From the NCBI GenBank assembly GCA_965644265.1, contig OZ286470.1, positions 37,696,001-37,760,000 on the forward strand: a stretch of DNA of 64,000 nucleotides, written 5' to 3'. Position numbers and translations under genes: made by a program. This DNA is from Glycera tridactyla. Taxonomy: Eukaryota. Every line of letters starts with the position of its first letter. The stretch's first letter is position 1. Below the pieces are notes generated by a model that was not told the origin of the DNA, ran no database searches, and saw only the letters and a program-made list of their open reading frames with translations. Shown one piece after another: positions 49,601-63,546 of the stretch.

Positions 49601-51699
49601 CGATGTCAAGCTTCATAATTCGGTCCAATAACATACCATGTAATTTATTCTCCTCGTATGATATCGATAATGTTCTGTCGAAAAAACTGTAAGTCCTGTT
49701 TACTTACCAACCCCCTTCTTTCTTTCACCTGTATTGCCCATCTCATCAATTATGTTGTCATAGGATTGACCTGACCATTTGTGTCCACACTGGAAGGGCT
49801 CACTCTGAATGAATATGATTTTTTTCAAATCGAAATCGAATCCTGTTATCGGAAAAAATTCCTGACAGGTGGAGAATATCCTCATGCCATTCATATACCA
49901 ATGAACTGCTGCAAACTTATTCACTTAGAATCTGTGAATTCCTAAATATATGAAGAAACGTCCATCCTCGAATTTGGTGTGGAGATGTCATCTATTCACT
50001 GAATTCAAGGGTAGGGCAACTGTAGATTTCTCACCCATGATAGACTTTTATATGGAACATGAGAAATATTACTCAGTTGTTCGTTAACAGCAGATCATGA
50101 ATGATTTGAAAAATGGATAGATTAAGTGACCGCCAACCAAAACTTATTCAAATGATGTATGTATGTCTAGGGATCAGGATCCAGTGGTGCGGGGGGGGGG
50201 GGGGGGGGGTGGGGACTCAGACAAACTTTGCTGAATCAGCCTTTTCACATTTCACTCAATTGTGATCTGCTGAATTGGGCAATGAGCGAGTAGAATGACT
50301 GATCAACATTTTCATGAATGTGTCCGAATGTGTTTGTCTCTAAATTTATTTTCAGCTAAAAGTGCGTTTCTGTCAGTGGAATGACGAATCGTGATTCAAC
50401 AAATTTCAATTGTGCTCGGATTGGGTCATATGGTGTCATGTGCAGGCACTGGCGGGCAGTGCATATTGCCCTTTATTATGCATCCCGGCACTCTTTACAA
50501 TGGATTTCTCCCTGCCTCATTCAACTGCTTTATTCATAGGACCCGAGACCGCCGGATGCGGCCTTGGGTCCGTAGTTTGTTTTCACGATGTGACTGTGGG
50601 ACTGTCGTTTACAATGCCATCTTGGAACGCTGCCAACATGATGGAGAATCCTCATTGGCCATTATAGTTGCAAATTCTAACGAACAAACGTAAGCGCAAG
50701 TAAAACTCAGAGTGTCTGCAGCTAACTCGCCACTGCATATGATTTATTCAAGAGCCACTGACGATTCTAATGAAACCAATGCGAGAGTTGTGCTCTTCAA
50801 TATACTCATGAACAACACGGATAACAAGAAAAGAGGAATTGGCTGTATGTGCGTTATTTACAGTCAAGTTCATGCTTTCTTTTAGTTTCTTTCGAGGCCA
50901 ATTACACTTTTCCACCACAAGAATAATCGATCCAATCTCCTGAGGACTGTTCTCATCTCTGCATGCTGAGAAATCATTCATGTGTCAAGCATTCTGCATA
51001 TCGAGTTACTCCAAAATGGCCTGAAATCTCGTTGCTTATAGAGTAGATCTGCTCAAATCAAAATATAGCATGCACATTTAGCAAAGAAAGATATCTACCA
51101 ATGACTGTGATTTATGGATGTGCTCCTTAGCATCTAGAATTGATACAAGGTATTTTGCTCTACACTGATAACCTATACCATACTAGTACACTTCCAGAGT
51201 ATGCACATAGTGTCGAAAAATAAATAAAACATGTCCCAATATGACTTTAGATCATCTCAACCAGGAACTCATAAGAATCCGCTCTCTCATTTATCATACA
51301 TGTAAACTCAAGTCCACGGCAAGAATGTTGAAAGTTAGAGGACGTATACTGAAGACGACTACATTTGATTTCTGGACATTGAGGGCCCATCTCCTGGAAT
51401 TCAATGTTCAGAACATGCCATGTAACATCAGGAACATGATTGAATTTGTCAGGAAACGGCAATGAAGATAGGATGAGATGGGATGAGACGAGATTACTTC
51501 ATTCAAATTCACAAACATGCAGAAGTCACAGAGTCATATCTTTTACGACAAGAACACAGCAATCTGATAAAACATGATCAATAGAACAAAACATGAAACA
51601 TTGCGTTATTATGATGAAGAAATTCTGATAAAGTAACGTATCTTATTCACTGTCTAAACTCAAAGCCTCTTTCTTGATACACGATATTGCAATGCAGGA

Positions 51700-52650
51700 C
51701 CGATCATCCATGACAGACAAACATAGGAAACGTTGTTTTATTCATAAGCTTTGTATGAGATAAATCAAGTCAATTCAATCATGATAGTGGCGAATACAAT
51801 ATAGTATTTACTGTCTGAACCCCAAACTTAGTGAGAGTATGTTGTGGTCTACTATATCAGAAGTCCTTTTCAGATACAGGAAAAGAGCCTCTACCAATTT
51901 AAAGATATGATCTGATCAAATCAACGAGCAATTGATTTAGACCATGACAATTAAAATAATTAAATACCTGGTAGTGTACGAGACGTTCTCACACTTTTGC
52001 TGAAGTAAGCTGAATGGAAATCGGTTTCTACTTCTTGAGATAATTTCTGTCCCTCCTTTTATAGAGGACATTTCCGTTCACTTACTCCCAGTCGTCCGGA
52101 AAAGTGCTCAGAGAGATGGATAGATTGAAAATGAGAGGGGTGTGATCGAACATGACTTCTGGTATAATTCTCAATGTGACAGAAGATATCCATCAGGGCC
52201 TGCTCCCGTATAATGCTGACTGCCAGTTCCTCGATCCGCACACAGTGTCCAGCCATTCGGAGGCGGCCAGTCCCATTTTTCCAGGAGACTCGAGAGAGTC
52301 CACATTTTTAAGGATGCCTGCCTAGCGGGCATCCTTCTTCTTACCACTCTCGTTTGGGATTGCAGTTTAGATGACAAAAAAATTGAATAAATTTCAACAT
52401 TTTTCGGGGGTAGGAGATTGAAACTACTCCGATTTCCATGAAATATTGTATGGTTGTTGTGAAAGCCTGTCTGCTTCATATAGATCACTTGGATAGCTCT
52501 TTATGAGTTCATCTTGAATGAAAATGGCACCTACTTCCAGAACTTTCTTGTCAGCGCATGATCGATCTTGGCTCGCCATCAGGTTTGACACCGCTAATGA
52601 TATGAATACTCCATACCTTATTCTGTTGATTTCAAACTGATGTTTCATTG
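51700..52650 (-). mobile_element. Old, heavily decayed CR1/L2-type LINE RT fragment
   Basis: Minus-strand translation through stops gives PLIFNLSISLSTFPDDW...KPISIQLTSAKV*ERLVHYQ and DIVDHNIL, matching the N-terminal RT region. Boundaries approximate. Confidence 0.65.
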
Positions 52651-52984
52651 CATTATATGTGTATAAGTTTCAGCATTCTAATCATGGAAGCCATTTGAGC
52701 ATTTGATCGCACCATTTGTTCCTTCACAGGTGAAGTGTACATATTTCGGTTCAGGTTTGGAGAGTGAGACAGCTCTTATATCAACTGGTACTGGATAAAT
52801 GAGGCACCCACGTGTGGACGGAAATGGAAATGCAGACGACAGATATCAAACTAATGGTTGAACAGATTGCACGAATCAATTCCTCGGCAGCAATTTGTGT
52901 TATATCCAAGCATAAACCTCGAGAATCCATCGAATATTCGCCGAAAACCTTGGGTGGGTGGGTGTGTGGGTTGCTGGGAAGTGG

Positions 52985-53190
52985 AGGATGAGGAGGACGA
53001 CGACAAGGATGAGGACGACAACGACGACAACGACGACGACGATGACGAGGACTAGGACAACAATGACGACGACCAACCCACCTACCCAACCATCCATGTA
53101 CCTAAATGTCCCACCTACCTACCCACCCACCTACCTACCTACTTACCTACCCATCCACCAAAACAACCCACCTACCCACCCACCTACCTC
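52985..53190. repeat. (GAC/GAT)n and (CCTA/CCCA)n low-complexity tract
   Basis: Seen directly. Confidence 0.9.
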
Positions 53191-53236
53191 ATCTGGCATC
53201 CTTTTTTCGGCCTAAAGGCCTAGTTCCATGATAAAT

Positions 53237-53740
53237 TTAAGGCCATTCTGAGCATGTGTGTGTAGTAAGTGTCCAAGCTTCTGAGCCATAAAGCAGGATA
53301 GATTCAACTGTTGCGACGGATAACTCCCTCTTAACGCAATCAGTCATTCCAGACTGCCACATATTCCTAACATAATGGAGAGCCTGCCGAGCTTGGTTTT
53401 TCAGTATTGTGATGTCTCTCTCTGAAGTCTTGATCTTGACATATTCTTTTATGTTATATACTATCACCTCAGTCTTTTTTGAATTAAGCCTCAGTCCCAC
53501 TTTTCTGCATTCCTGTTCAACACTCCAGAGTAGCTGTTGTGCCTGCTCGATATGGTCGGATACCAGTGTACTACTGTCTGCAAAGCCTAGATCATTTTGT
53601 TTTAGGGGCCTGGCTCTTCCGCTCTTTCTGGGAGTCACTGTGGAGCCATATTGTTTCTCTTTATCTGAGCAGCGCCCGAGGTTTCTTCAACTCAGACCAG
53701 GAGAGATCAATGGTAGAGATCTGTGAGGCCTTGAGATTCA
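53237..53740 (-). mobile_element. RTE-clade LINE RT fragment, internally deleted
   Basis: TPRKSGR..DLGFAD...AQQLLWSVEQECRKVGLRLNSKKTEV and ATVESILLYGSEAWTLT are RTE-type RT motifs. Confidence 0.8.
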
Positions 53741-54123
53741 CCACCACCACCTGTTGAGTCAATTATTGTAGGTAAATCATAGGTAGAAAATTTTCTTTTG
53801 AAGATTTCAGGGATCCATGATTGGAGAAACATTCTAGATCAGAGGCCAGCTGGAGATTGATCAGGCTTCCTGAAGTTCTACCGATGTGAGTGGCAGATGC
53901 GATCAATTCATGAAACTGCAATAATTCACCATATTTTTGCAGTAGAACTGAGGTGAATCCATTACAAAAGCATGCAAACTATCTGGAATCAGGTTTGCTG
54001 AGTTCAAAGGTTCCCCACAATTCAATCTCCACGTCGACAGATGGTGTTTGGTATGGTACCTTCATCAAGTGGTAAGACTGTACAATGAGTCATTGGTAGC
54101 GTTCAGATGTAGCTGACACTACG

Positions 54124-57100
54124 TTACAGTCCTGTGTGAGAAATGTTGTTGCTCATGCTTGAGAAAGAGGCACGGCCTTGATTTGGATATGCTACTTGAA
54201 AGACGAGGACAACATATGTTAACAAAGTGCCGATGATCTGAAATGGAACAATCACAACATTACAATCAATATGATTCTATGTGGAAACAAGGATGAATTT
54301 ATATTGGGCTGTAAATGTGCCAGTTTGACAAAGGTCCATACAACAGCTATAGGTTGCCAGTGCAGCTTCTGTAAATGAGTTTACGCATTTTATTTTCTCC
54401 AATCTTGATGTTGATAATACATTCGCGAATCGATCACTATATGAGAGAGCAGGAGATGAATCAATCAGACAGATTACCCTCGGGATGTGGAAAATGGATT
54501 CTGGAACTGAACTCAGGTGTCATCCACATCCACCATTAACCCTTGCCATTATCATGAAAAAGATTGAACACTGACCGAATGCAAGAAAACAGATGCCATT
54601 ATGTCAAATTATGTATTGTGTGGGTGAATTGATGTAACCCTGATGGAAAAGAAAATGATCCAGATCGAGAAAAATTTGGAGCCTTGGAGTCTCTACTGAA
54701 AGTCAAAATGCTTAGTGAAATTCTGTGGATACATACCGTCACCAGGGCAGGTTTATCAAGATGAAATAGTCCAAGTACAGTATAGACGATCTGGGGCTCT
54801 TTCAACTGGTGAACAAACATCAACACCTGGAAAACATATCACTGTATTCATTCATAATATTTTCAGTGGGAAGACCCCCTGATCTGGTGAAAGCGAATAT
54901 CATTTTATGCGATCCCCTTCTTTGGAGAATCTCATAAAGCTAAAACCACCACGATGCACGATTCTCATATTGCTGCTAACAATGTTGGAATTCACCTTGG
55001 ACACATTTATCAAGCCTGGATTATGGGAATGTGAATCGAGTCCAACTGTTTCTAATCATTTCAGTGGTCACAGTGAGCAGAGCTTGAAGTAATGTAACGA
55101 GCAGTACTGTGTCTCTTGTGACACCTACAGTGTCTGAGATTTCATACGTTAGCAACAGACTTCGATCAGCAAGTCACGATTATCATTCAGGGATTCACAG
55201 AAAAAAACCAATGCCCTCATGATGTTGTATTCGCAAAATCTGTGACCCACTGCACCATCCTCTGAAGAAACAGCGAGATTAAATCTATTCTTCAATTACT
55301 CTCTCTACTTCCTAATAAATCGAGAAGTGACTCATCTACAGATGAGATGCATTGGATTAGCAATACATTTCTCAAATATCTTTGAAGTATATTAGAATTC
55401 TGTCAAAGATATATATGGAGCCTAATTTGCATATCCTGAGTGTTGGTATCACTCACCTCATTGCTATCACAGTCTGACTGTGATGCCCCTAGATTTGACA
55501 TTCTCATTCGATACATCAAACTGAGAGGCGCGTGAGCCTGAAATTAGAAGAGGTAGATGCAGTTCAAGTCACACATCCGTCTATGTGTTGCATTGAGAAG
55601 CATACTCCTTTACAATATCATGACTCAAGTGGGATTTCAATCAGGAAATGCAAACCAGGAATCAATGTCGGTTCCATGCAGATTGACATCCATTATCACA
55701 CATGTGAGCTGCTAAATATATGACTTACCAAGCAAGATTTGATTTTTTTCCATAGCGATGCATTTCCACCCTCCGGTCATAACAAAAATACAATTCAGCT
55801 CAGGAGCTCCTATTAAGATGTCTATCTTTGGTGAAATCCCTCAAGACTACCCAAAGTTCAAGACCGAACTAATAATATCAATGGTACCGTTAGTGTAAAG
55901 GTATATCATTCTCAGTGAATCATAGCAAGATGTCTCTCACTGATCTTTTAACTGTTCAAAACACAGATTCATTAAGTGATTTATCTATGTCAATATTTTG
56001 CTTCAGAGTCTCTCATATTTGTCCTGAGTTTTATGTCACATGGAACTCTGATATCAGAGGTGCACTAGATATCAATAACTCCGTGTACATATTCCATAAC
56101 ATCATAAACATCGTGCACATGTTTCCATGGTTGCAACCCAATATTCCCACAAGATCATATACGCTTTGCGTTGGATGGATAGATGGATGAATGGATGGAT
56201 ATAGGGCAGAAGAAAAGTGAGTCACATACAGACAGAGAGATAGAGAGTGAGACTGATAGACAGATTGAAAAGGCGATGAGATAAGAGAAATAGATAAATA
56301 TACATAGATAGATAGAGAAAGAGCAAGAGAGGGACAGAGAGCCCAAGCACAGGTGCCATTCCACACAGGTACAATATTGGGATCATTCTATGCAATGGTC
56401 CAGACAAGATATGATGCTGGAGGGTAACTCACCCATTTTTGGATAGTGACTGATGCGGTAAACATGAGGAAGAAGAAGGTGGACATAAACAACATCTCAA
56501 AGATGATGATGAACTTGGTTGCTGTATCCAAAATCAATATAGACATAGCATATATTGAGAGACAGGTGACTGTCATGAACAACACCACTTGGTTACCGAT
56601 CACACACAAACTGATCTCATCCACCTTAGCAACCAAATCTGATAACTGTAGATGCTTCAGTCTTGGCCGCTCAATATCCTGTTTTCTGGTTACTTCATCG
56701 TGTGGTATCTTTTTTAAATGGACCAGCACATCCTTGAACTCTTGCACTAGGATGAATGTTGCTAGAAGTGTGAATATATTGGATATCATGTAATGGGTGG
56801 ACATGAATACCAAAACAAGGAGAGACACTCCAACAGAGATGCGGAAGGCATTCTCTGGCTCCAACCAGGGGTAGGCCATCAATGATATTAGGTCGTCCAT
56901 TCCTATGTCATAATATAATGCCAAGATTACCCACGTAGAATATGTTATCGGGGCTAAAGATACCATTATTATGATGATGCTGACAGAACACTTGATTTTC
57001 CTTCTGTATTTGGCATAGCTGAAATCAGAGACATTAGAAAGTTCTTCAATGAAGGGGATGATCTTCTTCCATGCATAATAATTGTGTAGGGTGATCAATC

Positions 57101-57374
57101 CACAGTGCATGAATATGAGTGTGAGTGGAAGTCGAGGTAGTAGGTTTCCCAGATCCATCTGACCAAGGATGATTGAGAACAAACAGCGGGTCATGAATGC
57201 CAGAACAAGAAGCATCAGCACACAACAAGCAACACGATGCAGACGTTGTAGCATGGTATGATTTTGTCCTGATCTGTAAACTACTCCACCAAATATTCGC
57301 ATGAAAACGATCAGAGGATAAAGATCCTTATATAATAGTCCATCATCCACATCTGTGAACACATCGCGCTCCAT
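54124..57374 (-). CDS. Gustatory receptor-like protein, subfamily A (A6), 408 aa
   Basis: Exons 57374-56433 (MERDVF...SVTIQKW|gtgagt), 55537-55457 (AHAPLSLMYRMRMSNLGASQSDCDSNE), 54826-54737 (VLMFVHQLKEPQIVYTVLGLFHLDKPALVT) and 54237-54124 (IIGTLLTYVVLVFQV...NISHTGL*). GT-AG, phase 0, open (1227 nt). Confidence 0.92.
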
Positions 57375-60300
57375 GATACAGCTGTACTTCGGTCGTATTA
57401 ACAGAGGGGCATTCAAGCAATTCTCACTTATGCATCTGTACCGAGCATGGGAAGTGTCATAAACGCATGGGCATGTATGCCGTTAGGCAACTGGAAACAG
57501 TGTACACTCAAATCAATTTCCTGGCCCCATTAGTCGATGTGTACATTAGATGTCTCCCATCGCTCCCTGTGTTCCTCCACCATCATGTCAGATGCAATAT
57601 GGGCATTCATAGCATAGACACCCTTGCTCACTGAACCATCCAAAATGATTCATGAAAAAACTACCAGGGGTCTACATCGATATTATGAGAAGATGGTTGA
57701 ATCGGAGATATAGGAGGACTGGACAATGGCTTATCTAATTTTGACACTCAAATCCATAAGTCTTTAGGCGAATGAAATGATTAGAACAGATCACCAAGAC
57801 CTTCCTGGGAGAGAGGTAGGGGGAGAGAAAGAGAGCGCCAAGCAAGAGAGTGAGAGAAAAAATGGTTCAATTGGTTCGATTGGATCAGTTTTATCTAAGC
57901 ATCCAATGATAGATACAGATTGCATGATCAGTCAAATTTATCAGACTCAACCCTGAATGTCTCTCACCAGAATATACCATTGAAAGATCATGAGAATCAA
58001 CCTGAAGCACTGAAGCATATATGGGTGCCCCCCTCCAAGCTAGGTGAGGTCAGTCCTCACCTCAGTCCATATACATTATTACTGATCCCAAGCCTGGACT
58101 GATATTACAGGATCATTTATCTCACGAAAATCCCAGTTTTGCGAGCTCATTTCACTACCCTCCTCACTGCCAGTCACTTGAATGTCACATTCATGCCATG
58201 CAGACCGTTCCTCACCGTTGACCAAACTCACTCCAGAATGGCAGATTCAACCTAATGGTCGATGCTCATCGAACTTTCTATGACCCCAACTGCATACAAT
58301 CAGTCCAACGAGCACTGCACTGCGTCGCATGAGAGGGACTTTTTGTTTCGAAGTCCATACAGCTGAAGTTGACCCAGATCAAGAAGTACAAACCTGGGAG
58401 TCAATGAAGTGAAGGGATATGTACGTATAATTTGAAGATACTCATTGCAGAGATGTCAGGTTCTCAGAAAGTATCATCTTCGATGATCAATGGTAATCCA
58501 GGGACCTGCTCAGAATCCACCTAGAACTGCATATCTTAAAAGTAGCGCTTCAGTAGCACTTCAAAAACCAAATGATACAACCAATTATACATCAATATAT
58601 CGATATGCGCAATAAGTCAAATGAGCTGAAGTAGGAAAGCAATGCAGTTATGGATACACAGGTCTACTTCAGAGGTTGTAATTTCGAAGAAATTAGATGT
58701 CATTCTCAAGTACCAGTGTGAACAAGCAGCATCGTTATTTCCTGATTGACATTCAGTCAATTTTGGACATACTGATGTTCCACGTATCAATTGTGATCAG
58801 ATACTGATCGTAAAACGACAGGAATCTATCCTCATTCAATAAATCAAGATCTTAGACTCTTGATTGTTTGGTCGGTTGTGGTTTAACATCACGTCAGCTA
58901 CATTTTTGCTAGATTGTGACGCCCATGGATGAAATGGGCATGGGTTGATTATTGCAGACTCCTCTCTTCGCGTCACCAACAGAAGGCATAAGGAACTCAC
59001 AGACATATAGATCCCAGTTTTGTCCCAAAATGGAACGTTGGAATATACTATAAGTGACGGGCATCAATTGTTTACGAATGCCTGGTACTTTTTCATCAAA
59101 CAGATCCCCAACCCGACTTCCATCAGATACCACCCACCATCACTTCATTTTTCAACTGAAAGCAATCTTCACAAAGAAGCATCATCTGTGCGTAGGGAGC
59201 AAGTAGGATTGCAATCTCATTCATGACACATTCAAATTCAGGATCATACAGTCATGAGATGGAAAAGGGTCTCATTATATGGTTAATGTTATGTAACTCA
59301 AAAGGACCGGGTTCCCATTCCATCGATATCACTGTTGACTATGTATACGATGGACTGGTCCGGGATATTACATGGGCGAACTAAGGTACTTCCTGTCACC
59401 TCAATATTGGCATATTCGTTAACCTTATCTTTGTGGTACATTTGATTCGTTTCCTCATTTCTGATCAGAATTTCCTTTTTTGAAGCACTTACATAGTATT
59501 TAGACTAGTCTTTCATGACTGACAGTCATAGGCCTGATTAGACTTGATGGACCTCATGATTGTGTATCTCATGCATCGATTGTACATTTGCGTTGTGCAA
59601 CAGACCTTAATTGCCTTATGCTGTTGGGATCGCTTGAGATTCTAACATTCATATGTCTCGAAGCCCCAAGTGGGATAGATTGGGTAGAGTGAGTCAGGGG
59701 GGGCGGGGAACACTTTAGTCATTGAAAACTGATGCAAACCCAGCCACCCATCGCCCATGTGGCCCCATATCATGCCAGATAGAGGGCACCCAGGACTATA
59801 ATCGAAATTGATATGATTGGATGATGGTTCAGAGGTGTATCAGTTTCAACATCGGATCCCTATGCTAAAACTCTGCAAAACAAGAAGAGGGAGGGGGGCA
59901 AAAGCCAGCTGCCTGAGCATATGAGATGACAATGAGGAAGTGATGCAGAGGTAGCCATCAATAGTTGGTTCTGTTTTGACATCACATCAGCACAATATGT
60001 TGTGACACCATGCAATGGGCATGAGTGGGCCCTATTCCTAGGTCCCCGACAGGAGGTGAGATTTTATCGGATTCACAGACACTCAAAGATTTCTGGTTAT
60101 GTAAATGGTCCAAAATCATACTGGTGTTGAGTAGCAATAATGTAGAATGGAATCTGTGCTGATTTATGATGAATCATTCGATATTGATTTGCATGGTGTC
60201 CATGTCATTTCCAGTGCCTGGGTTCTTGAGGGAGCATCATATGCTTCATCTTGTCTTTACGGATTATTCATCATCGATGATGACAGTAGTTAATGTCTCA

Positions 60301-61674
60301 GTTGTAATTTCATCATGAGTGTGACTGAGAATGTCGTCTTCATGACTATGTGGAACAATAGAGTGCTTCACATAATAACCCATGGCTGACAACCCCCGTG
60401 ATTAATGGGATGTTTGCATGTTTAATCATGCTTGTACACCATCCGAGCTATACCGAGACTCCCTCGCATATGATTATTCAACTCCTCCTCCTGAGTACCC
60501 AACTAAAAGTGGAAATATGAAAAAGTCATACGACTCATTATGGAATGGTGAACCAAAGGTTGGTCTAAGCACAAATACTCACGATAAATATTGTTGCACA
60601 TATTTTTTTAAATTTCAATCAACCTTGGTCAAGAGCCTGGGTGAAATCCAAATCAGAGCAAGTTTGGGTCTGTTTATCGCCATGATGCAGTGGTCGAAGG
60701 CACGATGCTGCCAGCTGACCTTTGACATCAATCATGACATTATGCGGCGATTCCATGTGTCAGCGACGACATCAAGGCATCATAGAATCAAACAACAATG
60801 AACTGATCAAGTCTTCATGCTGGATTCAACTACTTATCTTTTCGGGTCATTACCAACTTCAAACAATGTTCTTTGAATAAACATTGGCATCGTTGCTACA
60901 GAAGAATGATCCATGAAAAACAGGTGGCACAAAAGATGTCAGGCCAGCCATAGTTTGATTGATGGCATCTGATATTGTTTGGGAAAGATGTCAGGCCAGC
61001 CATAGTTTGATTGATGGCATCTGATATTGTTTGGGAAGCATTTAAAGATACCGATTAGTGCGGATACAAGCACATGATCATTTGAAAACACGACTCATAG
61101 TTCATAATGATATATTCATCGTCATTTATTACATATTGACAGAATACTACATTTTATAGCATACAAAGCCTTCGAAAACTTGTATTCCTAATAAGAATGG
61201 ATGTGCTGAAAGACAACTCTTTCTCCACATGGAGTGGGTAGAAAACAAATACACTAGATGAATCAGAATCAGATTGGAGTTAGAAATCGTCATACAACAG
61301 ACTTAAACTGAAGAGGCAGTGCCTTTCACATTGAACTAATATTGCCGTCATTTGAGCAAAAATTGCAACTGGTTCCTAAAGTTGAGGGCCATGCCTACCC
61401 AAGAAAGTCACACATATTATCAATTTTCGAATGCTCACTAAGACAGTAAAGTCTTTTCAAGTACCATCCCAACTTGCTCTATGACCACCATGCATTTGAG
61501 ATCGACAAATATCACATATCTTGGAGCAATGATTTGATATTCGGTTTCACATATGCAGTCTGTTCACTCGGTTAGCTGAAAAAAAGTCGTCATATTTCTT
61601 CCAGTGTAATAAACTACATCCCAACATTAGTAATACTCCATTTCATCTTGGTCAAACATTCAGACAGACCACTT

Positions 61675-61790
61675 TGGTTGTTGGTTGGTTGGTTGGTTCT
61701 GGTTTAACGTCACGTCAGCACCGTCTGGGCTATATTGTGACGCCCATGCAATGGGCATGGGTGGGATCTTCCAACACTCCTCCTGCGAAA
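61675..61790 (-). mobile_element. SINE-like 3' fragment of the same family as 16133-16280
   Basis: Reverse complement reads ..GATCCCACCCATGCCCATTGCATGGGCGTCACAATATAGCCCAGACGGTGCTGACGTGACGTTAAACCAG(AACC)n. Confidence 0.75.
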
Positions 61791-62320
61791 GTGATCCAGG
61801 ACAATGTCTATGAGAAGTGAGAGGATGTAGATTGTTGAATTTGGATGCATTTTGATTACAGATAATTCATTTTCACAACATTGAACATGATGATTATGAC
61901 AATAATGATAATAGCTATGGAGATGATAATGACATCATAAGAACAAATGATCATATCACCAATGATAATGATGATTATCATAAAAAATGTGATGTTGACA
62001 ATACTGATTTGGATGACAGTGATGATTGCTGCTACTGCCTGAAGATTATGATGAAAGGAGATAGAGGAGACTAAGGAAGAAGAGGAGGAGAAGGGACAGG
62101 AAGGAGCAGCGAGGGTAGGAGGTGGGGAGGGGAGAGGATAGGTTGGTTGGTTGATATCTCATGATCACCTTCATGATCATGTTGGGACGCCCATGCAATG
62201 GACGTATGTGGGGTCATTCAAGATCCCTCCTACGGAGCAGAGCATTCATGAAATTTGCAGACTCGGATGACTAGAAGGAGGAGGACACAGGATGAGGTTC
62301 TCTTCACAGGCCAGAACCCT

Positions 62321-63546
62321 TCAATGTTGTAGTGTCATATTCAGGTGCAGGCATTCTTTAACTGTGCACAATGATGTATAATCAGTCGAGGATTTCAGTT
62401 GGATGACCAGAACCACGTAGGACAGCAGCGTGCTTGCAATCTGCAGAAAGATAGGTATATACATTTGAAAACTAGATTTTGATACGGGATATCTTCACAG
62501 AAACAGTTGGGCAAGAAACTATATAGAAAAACTAGGGGAGGGTGAGGACATAGGCTGCCATTTGCAGGGAAAAAATTTAGCACTCCTGGTCATTTGAAAT
62601 GATTCATCGTCAAAAACAAATGGGATATCTTGAAGTTCAGTCAACAACATCCTTATCGTCGCCAGTAGCATCATATTGTTCTCAATGAAGAATGTTGTCG
62701 ATCACCAAGGACTCACCCATCACTGTTATATTCATCATTACTGAGCCTAAGCTTGTATGATATCATCAGTTATCACTTTGAGGACTGAGGATTAGAATGT
62801 TGACTGACCAAGACCACCAATAACTCCAGCACTGACGCAATTCTCTCTCTCTTTCTCTTTTTCTTTCTCTTGTTTTTTTTTCTCTCTCTCTCCCTCTCTC
62901 CCTCCGCTGTCATTGTACTGCCTCCAATGAAGAAATGTGATGGAAATGTCCATGGCTGACTTTAAAACCTATTTTACACATCATGATCAATTGGTATTAT
63001 GTATTATCCCCTCAACCATAGCAATCTGGATGTATGTGGTCAACTTACTGAAATAAGTGCGGGTTTGTCCAAGGGCATGAGGTCGAGGATGTAATAAATC
63101 ACGTGTGACTCTCTCAGATGAGTTATGAATAGCGTTACCTATGTGCAGAGAACATCATATTCAAGTATGAGGATGATTGTATGATGTATGTTCTTGCAGA
63201 TTCCCCTAATGGATCCTTGACAGGCTTCAAAACTCTGCAAAATTCACAGATACTAATATAGGATTAACCAACTTGATGACTGGTTCGTTATTTCACTTCC
63301 TGTCACCAGAATATGAGCTGAGGTCGAGACGTCCATGCAAGGGGCATGTATGGGATCCAATGAGAGATGGACAAATATATGAAATTCGCAGCAATGTGGC
63401 AGATAAGTGTTGTAATCAAATGGGATAGTGATATAGTGCATGGAGTGGATTTCAGGTTATACTACCTCTAGATCGAGTGAACTTCCTTCATCGGGTGAGA
63501 ATCTCCATAATTTCATACTACACAGCAACTCCAAAGGATTTCCAGC
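62321..63546 (-). CDS. Gustatory receptor-like protein, subfamily B (B7), exons 2-4; exon 1 beyond the window end
   Basis: Exons 63546-63466 (AGNPLELLCSMKLWRFSPDEGSSLDLE), 63138-63049 (VTLFITHLRESHVIYYILDLMPLDKPALIS) and 62440-62321 (IASTLLSYVVLVIQLKSS...LNMTLQH*). Canonical sites and open; closest paralog of B3. Confidence 0.88.

Noticed and set aside
50191-50216. Poly-G runs (also about 1485-1503 and 15546-15567) as G-quadruplex elements
   Set aside because: Simple homopolymers of variable length between paralogs; no supporting evidence of function.
52781-53215. Poly-Asp, poly-Thr or Pro-rich ORFs
   Set aside because: Open in several frames over a simple-repeat tract; no domain evidence.
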